Shown here: piece after piece, positions 24,958-37,675 of the stretch
How the letters are laid out: each line of letters opens with the position of its first letter
Numbering within the stretch: position 1 is the stretch's first letter
Assembly: GCF_006345805.1 (NCBI RefSeq)
Contig: NC_042997.1
Coordinates: 83,328,001 to 83,392,000 of the forward strand
Length of the DNA stretch: 64,000 bases
From: Octopus sinensis
Taxonomy: Eukaryota
Direction of reading: 5' to 3'
Notes under the pieces: generated by a model
The model's database searches: none
What the model was told of the DNA's origin: nothing
What the model saw: only the letters and a program-made list of their open reading frames with translations
Position numbers and translations under genes: made by a program

Positions 24958-26465
24958 TTGGGTCATCCCATAAATGATGCGGGGGTGGGGGTTTCAATTG
25001 CATGAACTAAAAGTTCGAAGGGGACAGGATAAACTACCTGCATCAACTTATTTTGAAAGCAGGTAGTAATTTTACCTTGTACTCATTCTTAGTGCAAGTT
25101 TTGAAGAGTGCAGCTCGATTTTAACAGTTATTTTTTTCAAAGCTATAATGGAAGTGACAAAGAAGCATATTCAGCATATTTTGATTTATGAGTTCAATGA
25201 AAGGAACAACACAATGGAAAGTGCGAGGAATATTAATGCAATATATGCGGATCGGACAATAAATGTAAGCCAGTGTCAATGGCGGTTCCAGAAATTCCAA
25301 GCCTGAAACTAAAGCCTAGAAGATGAGCCTCGTCCTGGAAGATGTGTAGAGCTCTATGAGGACATCCTGCAAACCCTGGTGGAACAAAATCCCATCGTAA
25401 CTGTTGATGAACTAGCAGAGAAGCTTGTCAACCATTCATCGATACCTGTGTGCTATTGGGGAAAGTCAGCAAATTGGGTCAATGGATTCCTCACAAACTT
25501 TCCAAGTTTAATTGCATGCAGAGAGTCAATGTGTGCATTTCTTTGATGTCATGTCTCACAAATGAACCTTTTTATTTCTTATTTCTTTATTGCCCACAAG
25601 GGGCTAAACATAGAGGGGACAAACAAGGACAGACAAAGGGATTAAGTCAATTACATCGGCCCCAGTGCATAAATGGTACTTAATTTATTGACCTCGAAAG
25701 GTTGAAAGACAAAGGCGACCTCAGCGGCATTTGAACTCAGAACGTAACGGCAGACGAAATATCGCTAAGTATTTCGCCCGTCATGCTAATGATTCTGCCA
25801 ACTCTCTGCCTTTTTGGGACCAAATAGTGACTGGTGATGAGAAATGGGTTCTCTGTAAAAATGTCAAGCACTTAAGACAGTGGGTGGGGAAAGGAGAAAC
25901 ACCAGCACTACAGACTAAAGAAGGTCTTCACTCATGTAAGTTGTTGTTATCTATTTGGTGGGATATGAAATGTATAGTCCACTTTGAACTTTTAAACCCA
26001 AACAAAGAAGATCTACTGCAAGCAGCTTGAGTGACTTAAATCAGTGCTAGAAGAAAAATGACCATCATTGGTTTCAAGACGAAAGGTGTTTTTCCATCAG
26101 GATAATGCTCAGTCACATACAGTGAGGATGATATTCTAAAAGCTGGAGCAGTATGAACAAGAAATGATGCCCCACCCACCATATTTGTTGGACACTGCCC
26201 CATCTGATTATCATTTATTCCACAGTATTCAAAATCATTTGGAAAGAAAAAATATGAATTCTGTAAACCAGGTCAGAACAGTAGTGGAGGAGTATTTTTC
26301 ATCACAGACAAGTGAGTTTTGGAAGAGGGCCCTTGCAAGTCCACCATATAGATGGAAGAGCATTGCAGAAAATGAAGGAGGGTATATTTTAGATTAAAAA
26401 AGAACTTTGTCTATCTTAATTTTGAAAAATAAATGAAGTATAAAAAAAAACTGCATTTATGGGAT
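24958..26465 (+). mobile_element. Second copy of the 14036 mariner family, interrupted by a SINE, right TIR truncated
   Basis: Same TIR and transposase motifs; SINE inserted at 25574-25808. Confidence 0.92.
25574..25808 (-). mobile_element. SINE family B nested in the mariner, 7-bp TSD CCTTTTT
   Basis: ggcagaatcattagcatgacgggcgaaatacttagcg...gttctgagttcaaatgccgctgaggtcg; TSD at 25567-25573 and 25809-25815. Family also at 7180-7400, 15390-15600, 30040-30170, 32220-32580, 34940-35145, 36790-37450 and 50380-50590. Confidence 0.9.
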
Positions 26466-26471
26466 ATATAT

Positions 26472-26696
26472 ACAATTTATAAGTAAGGGCAAAAGAAAAG
26501 ATTTCTAATGCCAAAATATGCCGAAAATAGACATAATGTCAATAACCATGTAATTTATCACCACAAGCATGCGTTTTGAAGAAAGCTGACAAAACGCGTG
26601 CTTGTGGTGATAAATTACATGGTTATTGACGTTATGTCTATTTCCGGCATATTTTGGCATTAGAAATTTTTTCTTTTGCCCTTACTTATAAATTGT
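26472..26696. repeat. Hairpin: 106-bp arms, 13-nt loop, 4 mismatches
   Basis: Direct comparison of 26472-26577 with the reverse complement of 26591-26696. Confidence 0.95.
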
Positions 26697-26805
26697 TTAT
26701 AAATTTAACCTTTAAAGGTATTTTTTAATATGATGGCCATTGATAGAATTTTTTTCGAAAAATTTTATCCTACATTAGATGTATATATATATATATATAT
26801 ATATA

Positions 26806-27440
26806 TCATCATCATCATTTAACGTCCGTTTTCCGCGCTAGCACGGGTTGGACGGTTTCGACCGGGGTCTGGGGAGCTCGGGACTGCCCCAGGCTCCAGT
26901 CTAGTCTGGCAGTGTTTCTACAGCTGGATGCCCTTCCTAACGCCAACCACTCCGCGAGTGTAGTGGTGTTTTTTTACGTGCCACCTGCACAGGTGCCAGA
27001 GGGGTCTGGCATCGGCCACGTTCGGATGGTGCTTTTTATGTGGGGGGGGGGGGAAATAGGGGAGCACCAGTGGGGAGGGGTGGTTCAGAGAAATGATGAC
27101 AGGTTCTAGGCAAGTAGAACGTAGGATATCAAGAGAGGGGTAATGCATGGTCAAATAGCGTATTGAAGAGGGGGGTTCGAAGAGTAGACACCTATAATGG
27201 TGGTGGGAGAAGCGACATCCGGTATAGATGGAGCAAAAATATAGAGATATCCGTATTGGTGTGGGGGTGGGCAAGGCGGTTGCACCGGGAATATGACGGG
27301 CTGGCTTAAAAATGCTCTTAGCAAAGGAAGAGGGGGGATGGCAGACAACGTAAAAGAGGGAGAGAGAGAAAGGAAATAGTGGAACCCCGCGAAAATGGGC
27401 CGCCATTGAAAAAACCCCTGTATGGAGAAATAATATGCAA
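26806..27440 (-). mobile_element. RTE-type LINE 3' end with (GAT)n tail
   Basis: catcatcatttaacgtccgttttccgcgctagcacgggttggacgg...gctggatgcccttcctaacgccaacc; related 3' ends at 40420-40560, 42171-42360 and 61746-61790. Confidence 0.7.
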
Positions 27441-28074
27441 TACAAGGCGAAGCTGAAAATAGTATAATAATAATAATAATAATATAATAATATAATAATA
27501 ATAATAATAAGCAAATTTTCGACCGAGGATCAAAGGGACAATACTAATACTACTAATAATAGTAATAATAATAAATAATAAACAGCTCAACCACAACATT
27601 AGATTAGAAGACTCTCTTATCTTGGGAACATTTCGTTCTTCGGCCTGACACGGGAATATGACGGGCTGGCTTAAAAATGCTCTTAGCAAAGGAAGAGGGG
27701 GGATGGCAGACAACGTAAAAGAGGGAGAGAGAGAAGGGAAATAGTGGAACCCCGCGAAAATGGGCCGCCATTGAAAAAACCCCTGTATGGAGAAATAATA
27801 TGCAATACAAGGCGAAGCTGAAAATAGTAATAATAAATAATAATAATAATAATAATAAAATATAATAATAATAATAATAAGCAAATTTTCGACCGAGGAT
27901 CAAAGGGACAATACTAATACTACTAATATAGTAATAATAAATAATAAACAGCTCAACCACAACATTAGATTAGAAAGACTCTCTTATCTTGGAACATTTC
28001 GTTCTTCGGCCTGACACGGGAATATGACGGGCTGGCTTAAAAATGCTCTTAGCAAAGGAAGAGGGGGGATGGCA
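27287..28074. repeat. Tandem duplication of an about 365-bp unit (2 full copies plus a partial)
   Basis: GGGAATATGACGGGCTGGC restarts near 27287, 27652 and 28018. Confidence 0.9.
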
Positions 28075-28079
28075 ATGCG

Positions 28080-28850
28080 AAGATACCTAAAAGTAACTGA
28101 ACTTGATCTCTGTGGGATAAGCCCATTGTAGTTCAGGCTTCCGCTGCTAGAGGACACTTAATGCAACACTCAGGTATCAATTTGCTGACTGGTGTCATTG
28201 AGAGAAGTCACGCAGCCACATGGTGCATCTTTGTTTTGCAGTGCTTCTCCTCTGCTTGTCAATTTTTGTAATGGCTGAAACAAAGGAACAGTGTGCTTCT
28301 GTGAAATTCTATTTTCTGCTGGGGTAAACAGCAGCTGAAATAGTTATCATGTTTCATACAAGTTACAAGTATGCTACCATGAGCAAAACACAAGTTCACA
28401 AATGGTTTCTATGCTTGAGGAATGCTCACTTGTTGCGTGAAGACCAACTTCATTCAGGGCAACTGCTGACCTCCCAAACAAATGAAAACATCATGAAAAT
28501 TCATGAACTGATCTTGGAGAACTGTTGTGTCCTGGAGCGCCAACCAATTTTTGAGTGAGGAATTGCAAATTAAAAGAATTGCAACAAAATTTGTACTTCG
28601 CTTGCTCATGGAAGATCGAAAGCAGTCAAGACTGAATGCATGTTGTGAACTGAAAGAACAGTTGGAAGTTGATCTTGATCCCAGCAACGTTTTTTTTTTT
28701 GTTACCCCAAATAAAAAATGTCCTTAAAGGAAACGTTTTGCAGATGTGAAAGAGGAGAAGAAAAAAAACAACAGAGGCAATAAAAGCATCACTTTACAAG
28801 AGTTCCAGGACTGCTTTGAAAAGTTGATAACACATCTGGCACTAGTGATG
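28080..28850 (+). mobile_element. Internally deleted mariner transposase remnant (different subfamily)
   Basis: MAETKEQCASVKFYFLLG...MSKTQVHKWF and KRIATKFVLRLL. Confidence 0.75.
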
Positions 28851-29353
28851 TCACCGAGTAACTCGCAAGATGAGAAAAGAACAAAAAAGGGGGTAAAAAG
28901 AAAGCTTTCAGGCTAAGTAGGGAAAGAGTATTTGAGAAGAAGTGGGGCTATGCTTGGTGTTGAGAGACTAAAGTAGTGTCTTTCTATAGAATAGATACGT
29001 AGCTACCCTGCATTATATAAGGGTGGGAGTAGCTGGAAAGAAAGTAGAGAAGATAGTGACAAGATACACACCCTTGAATGTGATTAGGATTTATTTTGTA
29101 AGTCAACAAAACTGCTTTATAAATGAGAAAATGTTATAATTAACTAAATTAATCCCAAAATCTTTATGAACAATTAGCATTCAATATAAAGGATGTTGGA
29201 ATAATTGTAACTTGTGAATGAGTTGTGCTCTACACCAGAACTAAAGAACTCGTGTACTGGTCTTTGTTCTAATCACTGTCTCAAAGCTACGTTTCTATTG
29301 AGTCATGAAGGTGAACAATTAAAAACTGAAGTATCTATAGTTATGTTCTTTCA

Positions 29354-29580
29354 TTAATCCTTTAGAATTCAGATTACTTTGTCAATGTAATGCTTTTTAA
29401 TTCACATTGTTTTGAATTAATCATTCATAATCTTGTAGCTTTGAGATTTTGATGATGTGGTTGTTTATTTTTAGAATGACATTGTAGGGTAAGTGTGAGA
29501 GGCCAGATATGGCCAGTTTGAACATAAAATAAGTAGAATATTTAGGCTGGATATAGTCAATTTAAATGTTAAGGATTTAA
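29354..29580. mobile_element. piggyBac-like MITE (TTAA-flanked)
   Basis: TTAA.CCTTTAG start and TTAA end; related copies at 275-545, 47400-47500 and 57590-57790. Confidence 0.6.
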
Positions 29581-31124
29581 ACAGACACACTTTTTCCTAT
29601 CTTGTAGAGGTATTCAAATAACTAGAGAAAATCTGAACTAGCAGGAAGATTTTTCTTGAAACTCAATCTTCAAGCTTCATGTTTATAAGTATAACATGTT
29701 AATGATGTTGAATGGGTGCAAGATGTGGCATCTGAAACTCTGATATGAAGCAAAAGCTACTTAGAATCTGTCCAACAAACAAGTCAAGAATCAATTTAGA
29801 CACATACAGTGACCTTTACAACCTAATGGCAAGGTTTGATCAAGGTAGGACTTATCACTCATCTGGTAGGCTTATCACTCATCAAATACCAAAAAGGTGG
29901 TACACTGGACAAAGATAGCCACAGAAGAGAAGTAAATTTAAATTGGTGTTAAAAATGTTAAGCAGAATCTTTGACTACTTTCAACCAATGAAGTAATTCT
30001 GCTAGGAACAGAATCACTGGCATTCACCAGGACAAGCCTATCTGGTACTTAATTTATCAACCCCGAAAGGATGAAAGGCAAAGTCAACCTTGGCAGAATT
30101 TGAACTCAGAATGTAAGGATAGATGAAATGCTTAGCAGCATTTCATCCAGCAAGCTAATGATTCTGCCAGCTCAGTAATGATATTAATGGTTTCTAATTT
30201 ATACACAAGGTCAGTAATTTTGAGGGGAGGGGGTATTCAATATCAATGACCCAAGTACTTGATTGGTATTGTATTTTATCAGCCCTGGGTGGATGAATGA
30301 TAAAACTGATGTCAAGGAGATCAAAAAGGGTTGGAAGAAATGCCAAAAGGCATTTTCATTTTTTAATACTCCAATGTTGTGCCAACCTTCCTTCTAGAGA
30401 GAATAACAGTAATAATTGTATTGTTCTCTCCAAAAATATATAAGACTAGGGTTAAAATAGTAAAACATTAGTCAGTTTTAGGGAAATCTTGCTGCTTCTA
30501 TCTCAAGTATGTATTTATTTACAACTGTTTAGGCTAAATCAACAAAGTAGAAACATGATTCATTCACTTTATATATTTTTAAGGAAATGTGTAACGGATA
30601 CACTCAATGGTTTTCAAATTAAACATTTGACATTAAATAAACAAATTTAAAAAAGAGAGACAACAATAAAAAAAAAAAAGAGAGCATAGTATCAAAATAT
30701 TTCAGTTAAAATAGCTGACCATAAATAAATGTAATGAGAATAATTTATACTTCTTCTCTGAAGACACACAAACTGTTACAAAGTTTTAATTAAAACTTTG
30801 TAGTAGTTTTACAGCTACAGCATTTTCAGAAGCAGAAATATATATTATCTCTGAAATAATGGATTTAAACTATAGAAGATTGCATATACACTTAATCTTT
30901 AGGTACAAATAGATTTAATATATTTTGAAATCCTTATGCAATTCTTTTAAAGAAAGAAAAAATGTTAACTTATTTTGAAATAACATAACTACACTTAAAT
31001 TCAGTTGGTGGTAGCATATTTATACTTATTACCTAAATGTAATTTATTTATTTGTTATTACATTTTTAATGATAAATTAAAAGAAATCACAAGTTTGTAT
31101 AATTTTTGGAAAGTGAAACCTTAC

Positions 31125-31260
31125 CATCATCAACATCCAATGTGCTACCATCATCTTTCTTGCTGTCTGGCAATAGACCTAGTTCAGCTAGTAGTTTTAC
31201 ATACATAGTACTCTGCAGAAAACCTTCATAAAATGGTTCATTTAGCAGTAATTGGAACAC
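31125..31260 (-). CDS. SNX13: SNX13 exon, end of RGS (136 nt, phase 0->1): VFQLLLNEPFYEGFLQSTMYVKLLAELGLLPDSKKDDGSTLDVDD
   Basis: aattattcctag acceptor and gtaagg donor; matches VYELML...FYPSF...LYVRMLAELDML. Confidence 0.95.
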
Positions 31261-33524
31261 CTAGGAATAATTAATAGTTAATTAGGTTTTAAATTATATA
31301 GATCACATGGAAAATCTTCTTAATAACTTGAAATACAAAAAAATAAATTTTACTGTTAATTCAGGCTGCATAGTAATGATAATAACATCAATTTCTTTCA
31401 TTAGTACAAATATTTTTTTTTTTTAATTTATTTTATCTTAAAGATTTACCCCAATAATTTACTAGTACATTATTTCATTCGTCTTCAAGGGATGAAGTTG
31501 ACTGGCAGGATTCAACCTCCGAATGGCAAGGGACATAACTACATACATGGCAGTACAATTTCTAATTATGCACTATTCGCAATAAATGAAATCTAATGAT
31601 TACTGACAAAAGTACAAAGCCACAACTTTCGATTCCAGTAGTTAACTGGTACTTATTTAAACCATTAACCTGTCCAAAATGTTTTCATAAGTTTGTCTTA
31701 AACGTTCATGCTTGTTTTCAGATTTTTAGTTGGACTTATATGTTCAGAGTAAAAGTAAAGCTTCCCTTTTGAAAGTCCAAAGTTACTCAACAGGGTTGCA
31801 AAAAAATTGGAAATGTGTATCCTATACAAGGTATGGTTGCCAAAGAAATATGTCCTGTATATTATATGTGATACTTAGGATCCCAAAAGAACAAAAGGCA
31901 AAATTGACCAAAGAAGGATTTGAACTTAGAATATACAATGACATAACTATTATTCTTTCTGATAATACTGCTTCAGCCACTACCTTTAATAATAATTATT
32001 ATTTCAAATTTTGGAATAAGACCACCAATTTTAAAGGGAGAGGAAAGTCAATTATATTGATCCCAGGACTTGACCAGTGGAATTTGGTCATAGAACATAA
32101 AGAATCAAAAGAAATGCTGCAAGGCATTTTATCCGACATTCTAACAATACTGCCAGCACCAAAAAAAAATCTTTTCTGCTACAGGTACAAAACCTGAAAT
32201 TTTGGGGAAGGGTGTAGTCTATTACACCAAGCCCGCTTCTCAACTGGTACTTATTTCTTCAAACCCAAAAAGATGACAGGCAAAGTTGACTCCAGCAGAA
32301 TCTGGACACAGAACATAACGACAGATGAAAGAGCACTAAGCATTTTGTCTGGCAAACTAACACTTCTGCCAGCATGTAATCTTTCTAATAATGGTTTCAA
32401 ATTTTGATACAAGGCCAGTAATTTCAGTGGGGAGAGTATGTTGATTACATAGACTCCAGTGATCAACTGGTACTTATTTTATTGACCCCAAGAGGATGAA
32501 AGGAAAAGTCAAATGTAAAGACGGATGAAATGTCACTAAACATTTTGCCTAGCATGCTAATGATTCTGCCAGCTTGCCACCCTTGTCTTTCTAATAATAA
32601 AAACAATAATTATCTTGATAATAATTTCTGACAGAGTCACAAGGTCAGCAATATTAGAGGAGGACTGCCATTGCACTGCCCGTCAAACAATAATTGCTTT
32701 TAACTTAGGTACAAGGTCAACAATTATGAAGGGAGGCAGAAGTTGATACCATCAACCTCAATACATGACTGGTACATTATTTATTTACAGCCACCATGTT
32801 GTTGGCCATGCTTTGCTGCAACACCATCAAGGTTATTACCACAGGGTGCAGCTGAGTACATCATTTGTTCTGGGGTGTATGGTCCATTGCTTCCTCCCTC
32901 CTTTTCTTGCTTTCCCTTTCTTATTTCCCTTCTCTCCTATCTTTTGCTACTTAAATGTTCTAATAAAATTTTTAATTTGTATCCTCTCATCAGAAATGCA
33001 GTATCACCAAAGCTAAATTTAATTTACTCTCATTGAAACAGTTCATCTCATGTTAATAAATACTGTGAATCCTTGATTTGTGGCAAAAAAAAAAAAAAGA
33101 GTACAGTTGTTCTTGTTGTTTAGTCCTGATTGTGGAGATCAAAGCCATTCCACCCCTAACCAATTTGTCTATATTTAAGACACAATGTATCCAGGACCAT
33201 ATTAAGTTAGATACACATTTCCTTCCATTTTAAGAATAAAAGAGTATGATCCAAAGAAGATTCAGTTGTCATTTCTAGCATGTCTGAATTGGACAAGGGG
33301 AAAATCACACCAGATTCTCCAATTGTTTCAGTCAACTTTGCCAGAAGACCTGTAGTCTTGCTTTGATCATAAATTGCATGTAGTTTCTAGTTTATTATTT
33401 GTCCATTGCATGTTGTTACCTGCAGAAGTGGCTATCTTGTTTGACTGAAAGGATTTTCATGGTGTAAACAATAATGAGGGTGTGAGAAAGTAATAATTAT
33501 TGAATGAAAATGGAATCACTTTAC

Positions 33525-33629
33525 CTTGCTTTGGACTTCATCAAAAGCATCTTCAGTCAGCATTTTGCTTTTGATATTTATCAATGTTCGTTTGCATATC
33601 TCAGGATCAACTTTAATTTTGGATGTTGA
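33525..33629 (-). CDS. SNX13: SNX13 exon, RGS (105 nt, phase 0->0): STSKIKVDPEICKRTLINIKSKMLTEDAFDEVQSK
   Basis: ttattcatttcag acceptor and gtaaag donor; matches ASPRVTVD...FDDIQRK. Confidence 0.93.
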
Positions 33630-33646
33630 CTGAAATGAATAACATC

Positions 33647-34790
33647 ATTATTATTATTATTATTTACTTTTAATCTGCATGTTTGTTACAATCATTCATC
33701 GAGACACATCCAACGCCCTAGGGTGAGTGAAGGATAAGAGAATGTTACAGTAAAACTGAAAGCTTGCGGAGAGTAAGTGGCAAGGGCAGTTGTGAAATAT
33801 CTTCATGTAATACAGCACAGACATTTAAATTGATAGGGTTTTTCTAAGGATATGGGCAGTACTTGTCAGCACAACCTTTTAGATTTCTCTGAGACATGGT
33901 TCTCCTGGGATACTAACTAGGTATTTCTGACAGCCCTTTCTTATCATACCTAGGGCACCCACCATAACAGGAACAGTCCTTGCTGTTGTATTTCAATTTC
34001 CAGAACCTTATATCTACATAATTTGTCAAATTCCTTTACAGATATATTTTATCAGTGAGAACACTTACATCTGCAAGTATTTTCTTCTCTGTCTTTAATG
34101 ACTATGTTTGGTCAATTAGCTTGGATCGTTCAGTTGATGTTGACTGAAAATCCCAGAGGATAGTGACATTTTTACCTTCAACGACTGGCTCAGGGTGATG
34201 TTCATACCAGTAAGGAAGACTGCTGATTTTGTAGTGTTTACATATTTTCCAATGTAAATACTATCCTACCCTATCGTGGTGATTTTTGTATTCGTTTGGT
34301 GTCAACACAGGACATCTCGAGACGAGATGGTCTGTTGGTTTATCAAATTTATTGTACAATCTGCATTTAGAGTCAGAACCATTTTGAAGAACGTTAGCTA
34401 GGTAGTTTTTGGTAAGCAAGCCACTGATGGATTGCTGCTTGGTCTACATCAGCATTTCAGTTTCAAAGTATATACTGTCCATGCAGAGGCTTCTGGCTCT
34501 ACTGCTCTTCAATTTGTTTCTGCCCATTCTTTTTTGCAGTCTGTTTGATCCGTTTTGCTTTTCCATGGCAGTGGTTTCAGGTTCTCCATCTATTTCAGGG
34601 TTAATGCCAAGCTCCCTTGCAAATTTGCAAGTTTCCTTGACAAAAGAATGTACTTTTTTTGCTGCTTTCGTGTTTGCACACAAGCCACACCATCCAGTCC
34701 TCTGTACTGGATGGTACAAAGAACAAGTACTTATTCATTGCTATTGTGGAGGTCTTACAACACAGTTCTACCTGCATCATTCCTCTTCCT
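33647..34790 (-). mobile_element. R4/Dong-type (restriction-like endonuclease) LINE 3' fragment with (TAA)n tail
   Basis: PNIVIKDREENTC...NISVKEFDKLCRYKVLEIEIQ...KVVLTSTAHILRKTLSI*. Confidence 0.85.
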
Positions 34791-35399
34791 CCATTACGTC
34801 TATTATTATGTTGATAAAATAAGTACCAGTCGAACATTGGGATTGACCTTCCCCGAAATTGATGACCTTGTGCCAAAACCTGAAAGCATTACTACTACTA
34901 CTACTACTATTATTATTATTATTAATACCATTAAAATCTCAAGCTGGCAGAATCGTTAGCATGCCTGGCAAAATGTTTTGCGGCATTTCATCCGTCTTTA
35001 CGTTCTGAGTTCAAATTCCACCGACATCGACTTTGCCTTTCTTCCTTTCTGTGTCAATAAATTAGGTACCAGTTGAGTACTGGGATCAATGTAATTGACT
35101 TAACCCCTCCCTCAAAATTTCAGGCTTTGTGCCTATAGTAGAAAGGGTTGCTGTTATTGTTGTTAGAGAGATAGAATGGTAGAAGCCGTATAAAATTTAG
35201 ATTAAATGCCTTTTCTGTTTTTGCTTAAGAGCCATTATGTTTTAAATTCAAATACTATCAAGGACACTTGTCTTTCATCTAAGAGTCATTAAAATAAGTA
35301 CCAATCAAGTTCTGAAGCTAACTTAATTGACTCTTTTTCCACTTCACAAATCTCAGAGCTTTATTCCAAAGTTATAAATTATTACCATTATCATCTTCA

Positions 35400-35780
35400 A
35401 CATCATTATTAATATTATAATAACAGCTATTAAATGCTGATTTAGCTAACTGAAATGTTATCCTAAAGTTTTGGTGTCAACTAGTCTCCTCAAATCTCAG
35501 GAATATTTGAGATTATTGCAGAATGTAGGATGGCTAACTCCACAATATTTGTCTCAGTTACAGAATCGTTCAGCCACTTCAATAATAGTTGGGACATTGT
35601 GCCAAGTCTACCAATTATCACTGAAAAAATTTTCCACCCATGGATTCCACAATTTCTTCATCTCTCTTTGGATCCTGATATTTCTTGATTTTCTCATCTT
35701 CCTTGATATCCACTCAACTATCATTTTTAGGATCACAAATTCACAGATCGTACAATCTTTTAACTTTCATTTGTTTCAGT
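35400..35780 (-). mobile_element. Second R4/Dong-like LINE 3' remnant
   Basis: VDIKEDEKIKKYQD..REMKKLWN...SVIIGRLGT. Confidence 0.65.
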
Positions 35781-37540
35781 TATTAGACGGTAGCCATACT
35801 GGGGCATCACCTTGAAGAACTTTTAATCAAATGAATCAATCCCAGTACTTATTTTTTGTTAAGCCTGACATTTATTCCATTAATCTCTATAGCTGAATTG
35901 CTAAGTTGTGGGGACATAAACACACCAACACTAGTTGTCTAGCTGTTGTGGGGGGACAACCACAAACACAAAGCCATCCACACACACACAACAGGCTTCT
36001 TTTGGTTTCTGTCTACCAAATCCACTCACAAGGCTTTGGTCAGCTCAAGGCTGTAGCAGAACACACATGCAGTGGGACTGACCCTGGAATCATGTGGTTG
36101 GGAAGCAAGCTTCTTACCACACAGTCATGTCATTTTACTTCCAAAGTCACATTTGGTCTCCATGCTTCGATAATACTATCAGTCTCAAAAGAGAAATCCC
36201 TTAAAATCCTGTTATTATTATTCATCATGACAGCCTTTGGTTTGTGTTCATATCATTTTTCTAATACTTCAAATTCACAAACTTGACAAACAATGCAATG
36301 CATTCTTTTAGAGAAAAAAAAACATGCCTTTATGTTAGTGAAAAACATGAAGAGATAGTGAAAACACAAGTAAGAAAATTGTTTCTTCAGTAATTAATGC
36401 ACTCAGAACAATGCTCAAAATGCTATCTAAAAGACAAAAGGTGATAAGACTTGAGGCCTATATCTTTTAATGTCTGCTTACTTCACTTATTTTACTACTA
36501 TTACTATTATTATGATATTGCTTTTCATCTTTCTGGAATATAGGATGAATTAAACATAGGCACCAAGACACACACACACACACACACACAACAGGCTTCT
36601 TTCAGTTTCTGTCTACCAAATCCACTCACAAGGCTTTTATCAGCCCAAGGCTAAAGTAGAAGACACTTGCCTAAGGTATCATGCAGTGGGACTGAACACA
36701 GAACCATGTGATTGAGAAGCAAGCTTCTTTCGACACAGCCATGCCTGCACCTATGTTAGAAATTATTATCATAATTATTAATCACTGTAAAACAGCAAGC
36801 TGGCAGGATTGTTAGCACAATGGACAAAATGCTTAATGGCATTTCTTCCAGGTTGACATTCTGAGTTCTGATACCACAAAGGACACTTTGTCTTTCATCC
36901 TTTTGAGGTCAATTAATCAAGTACCAGATGAGTAGTCAGGTCAATCTAATCAACAGGGACCCTCCCGAACAAAATTCAGACCTTCTACCTATAGCAGAAA
37001 GGATTATTATTATTATTATTACTATTATTATTACTATTATTATTATCCATTTAACATTCATCTTTAAGTTCTGAGTTCAAATTCCACTGACATCGACTTT
37101 GCCTTTCATCCTTTTGGGTCGATAAATTAAGTACCAGTAAAACTTGGGGTTGATGTAATCGATTAGTTTGCGCCCCCAAAATTTCAGGCCCTGTGCCTTT
37201 ATTAAAAAGGATCATTATTATTATTATATGAAAGGTGGTGAACTGGCAGAATTGTTAGCATGCTGAGCAAAATGTTTAGTAGCATTTCGTCTGTCCTTAC
37301 ATTCTGAGTTCAAATTTCGCCAAGGTTGAACCTTGCCTTTCATCCTTTCAGGGTTGATAAATTAAGTACCAGTTGCATACTGGGTCGATCTAATTGACTG
37401 CCCCACTCCCACCAAATTTCAGGCCTTGTGCCTATAGTAGAAAGGATTAAACCTATTGGCGATTTCTAGGTAACACTTTTCTGATAATGTTGATGAACAG
37501 CAGAAGTATATAAAAAAAATTTAAAAAATTTAAATCTTAC

Positions 37541-37675
37541 TTTTTCAGACAAATACTGCTCATAAATAATCATAGCTGCTCTACGTAATGACTCTAAATC
37601 AGGCTCATTAGCTCCTTCTGTTAATTTCTGTTCATGAGCGGCAGAGATTTGTTCTTCAGCTGCTGCTCGGAAACC
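37541..37675 (-). CDS. SNX13: SNX13 exon, RGS (135 nt, phase 0->0): GFRAAAEEQISAAHEQKLTEGANEPDLESLRRAAMIIYEQYLSEK
   Basis: gctttatttcag acceptor and gtaaga donor; matches GYRVTAQQQL...LLRAAAVGIYEQYLSEK. Confidence 0.97.

Noticed and set aside
26918-27960. 118-198 aa minus-strand ORFs
   Set aside because: Run through RTE 3' UTR, (TAA)n repeats and the tandem duplication; non-coding.
33421-33445. 25-nt exon-like unit with a CAG|gtaac donor
   Set aside because: Frameshifting and no supporting motifs; shows the chance rate of exon-like signals here.
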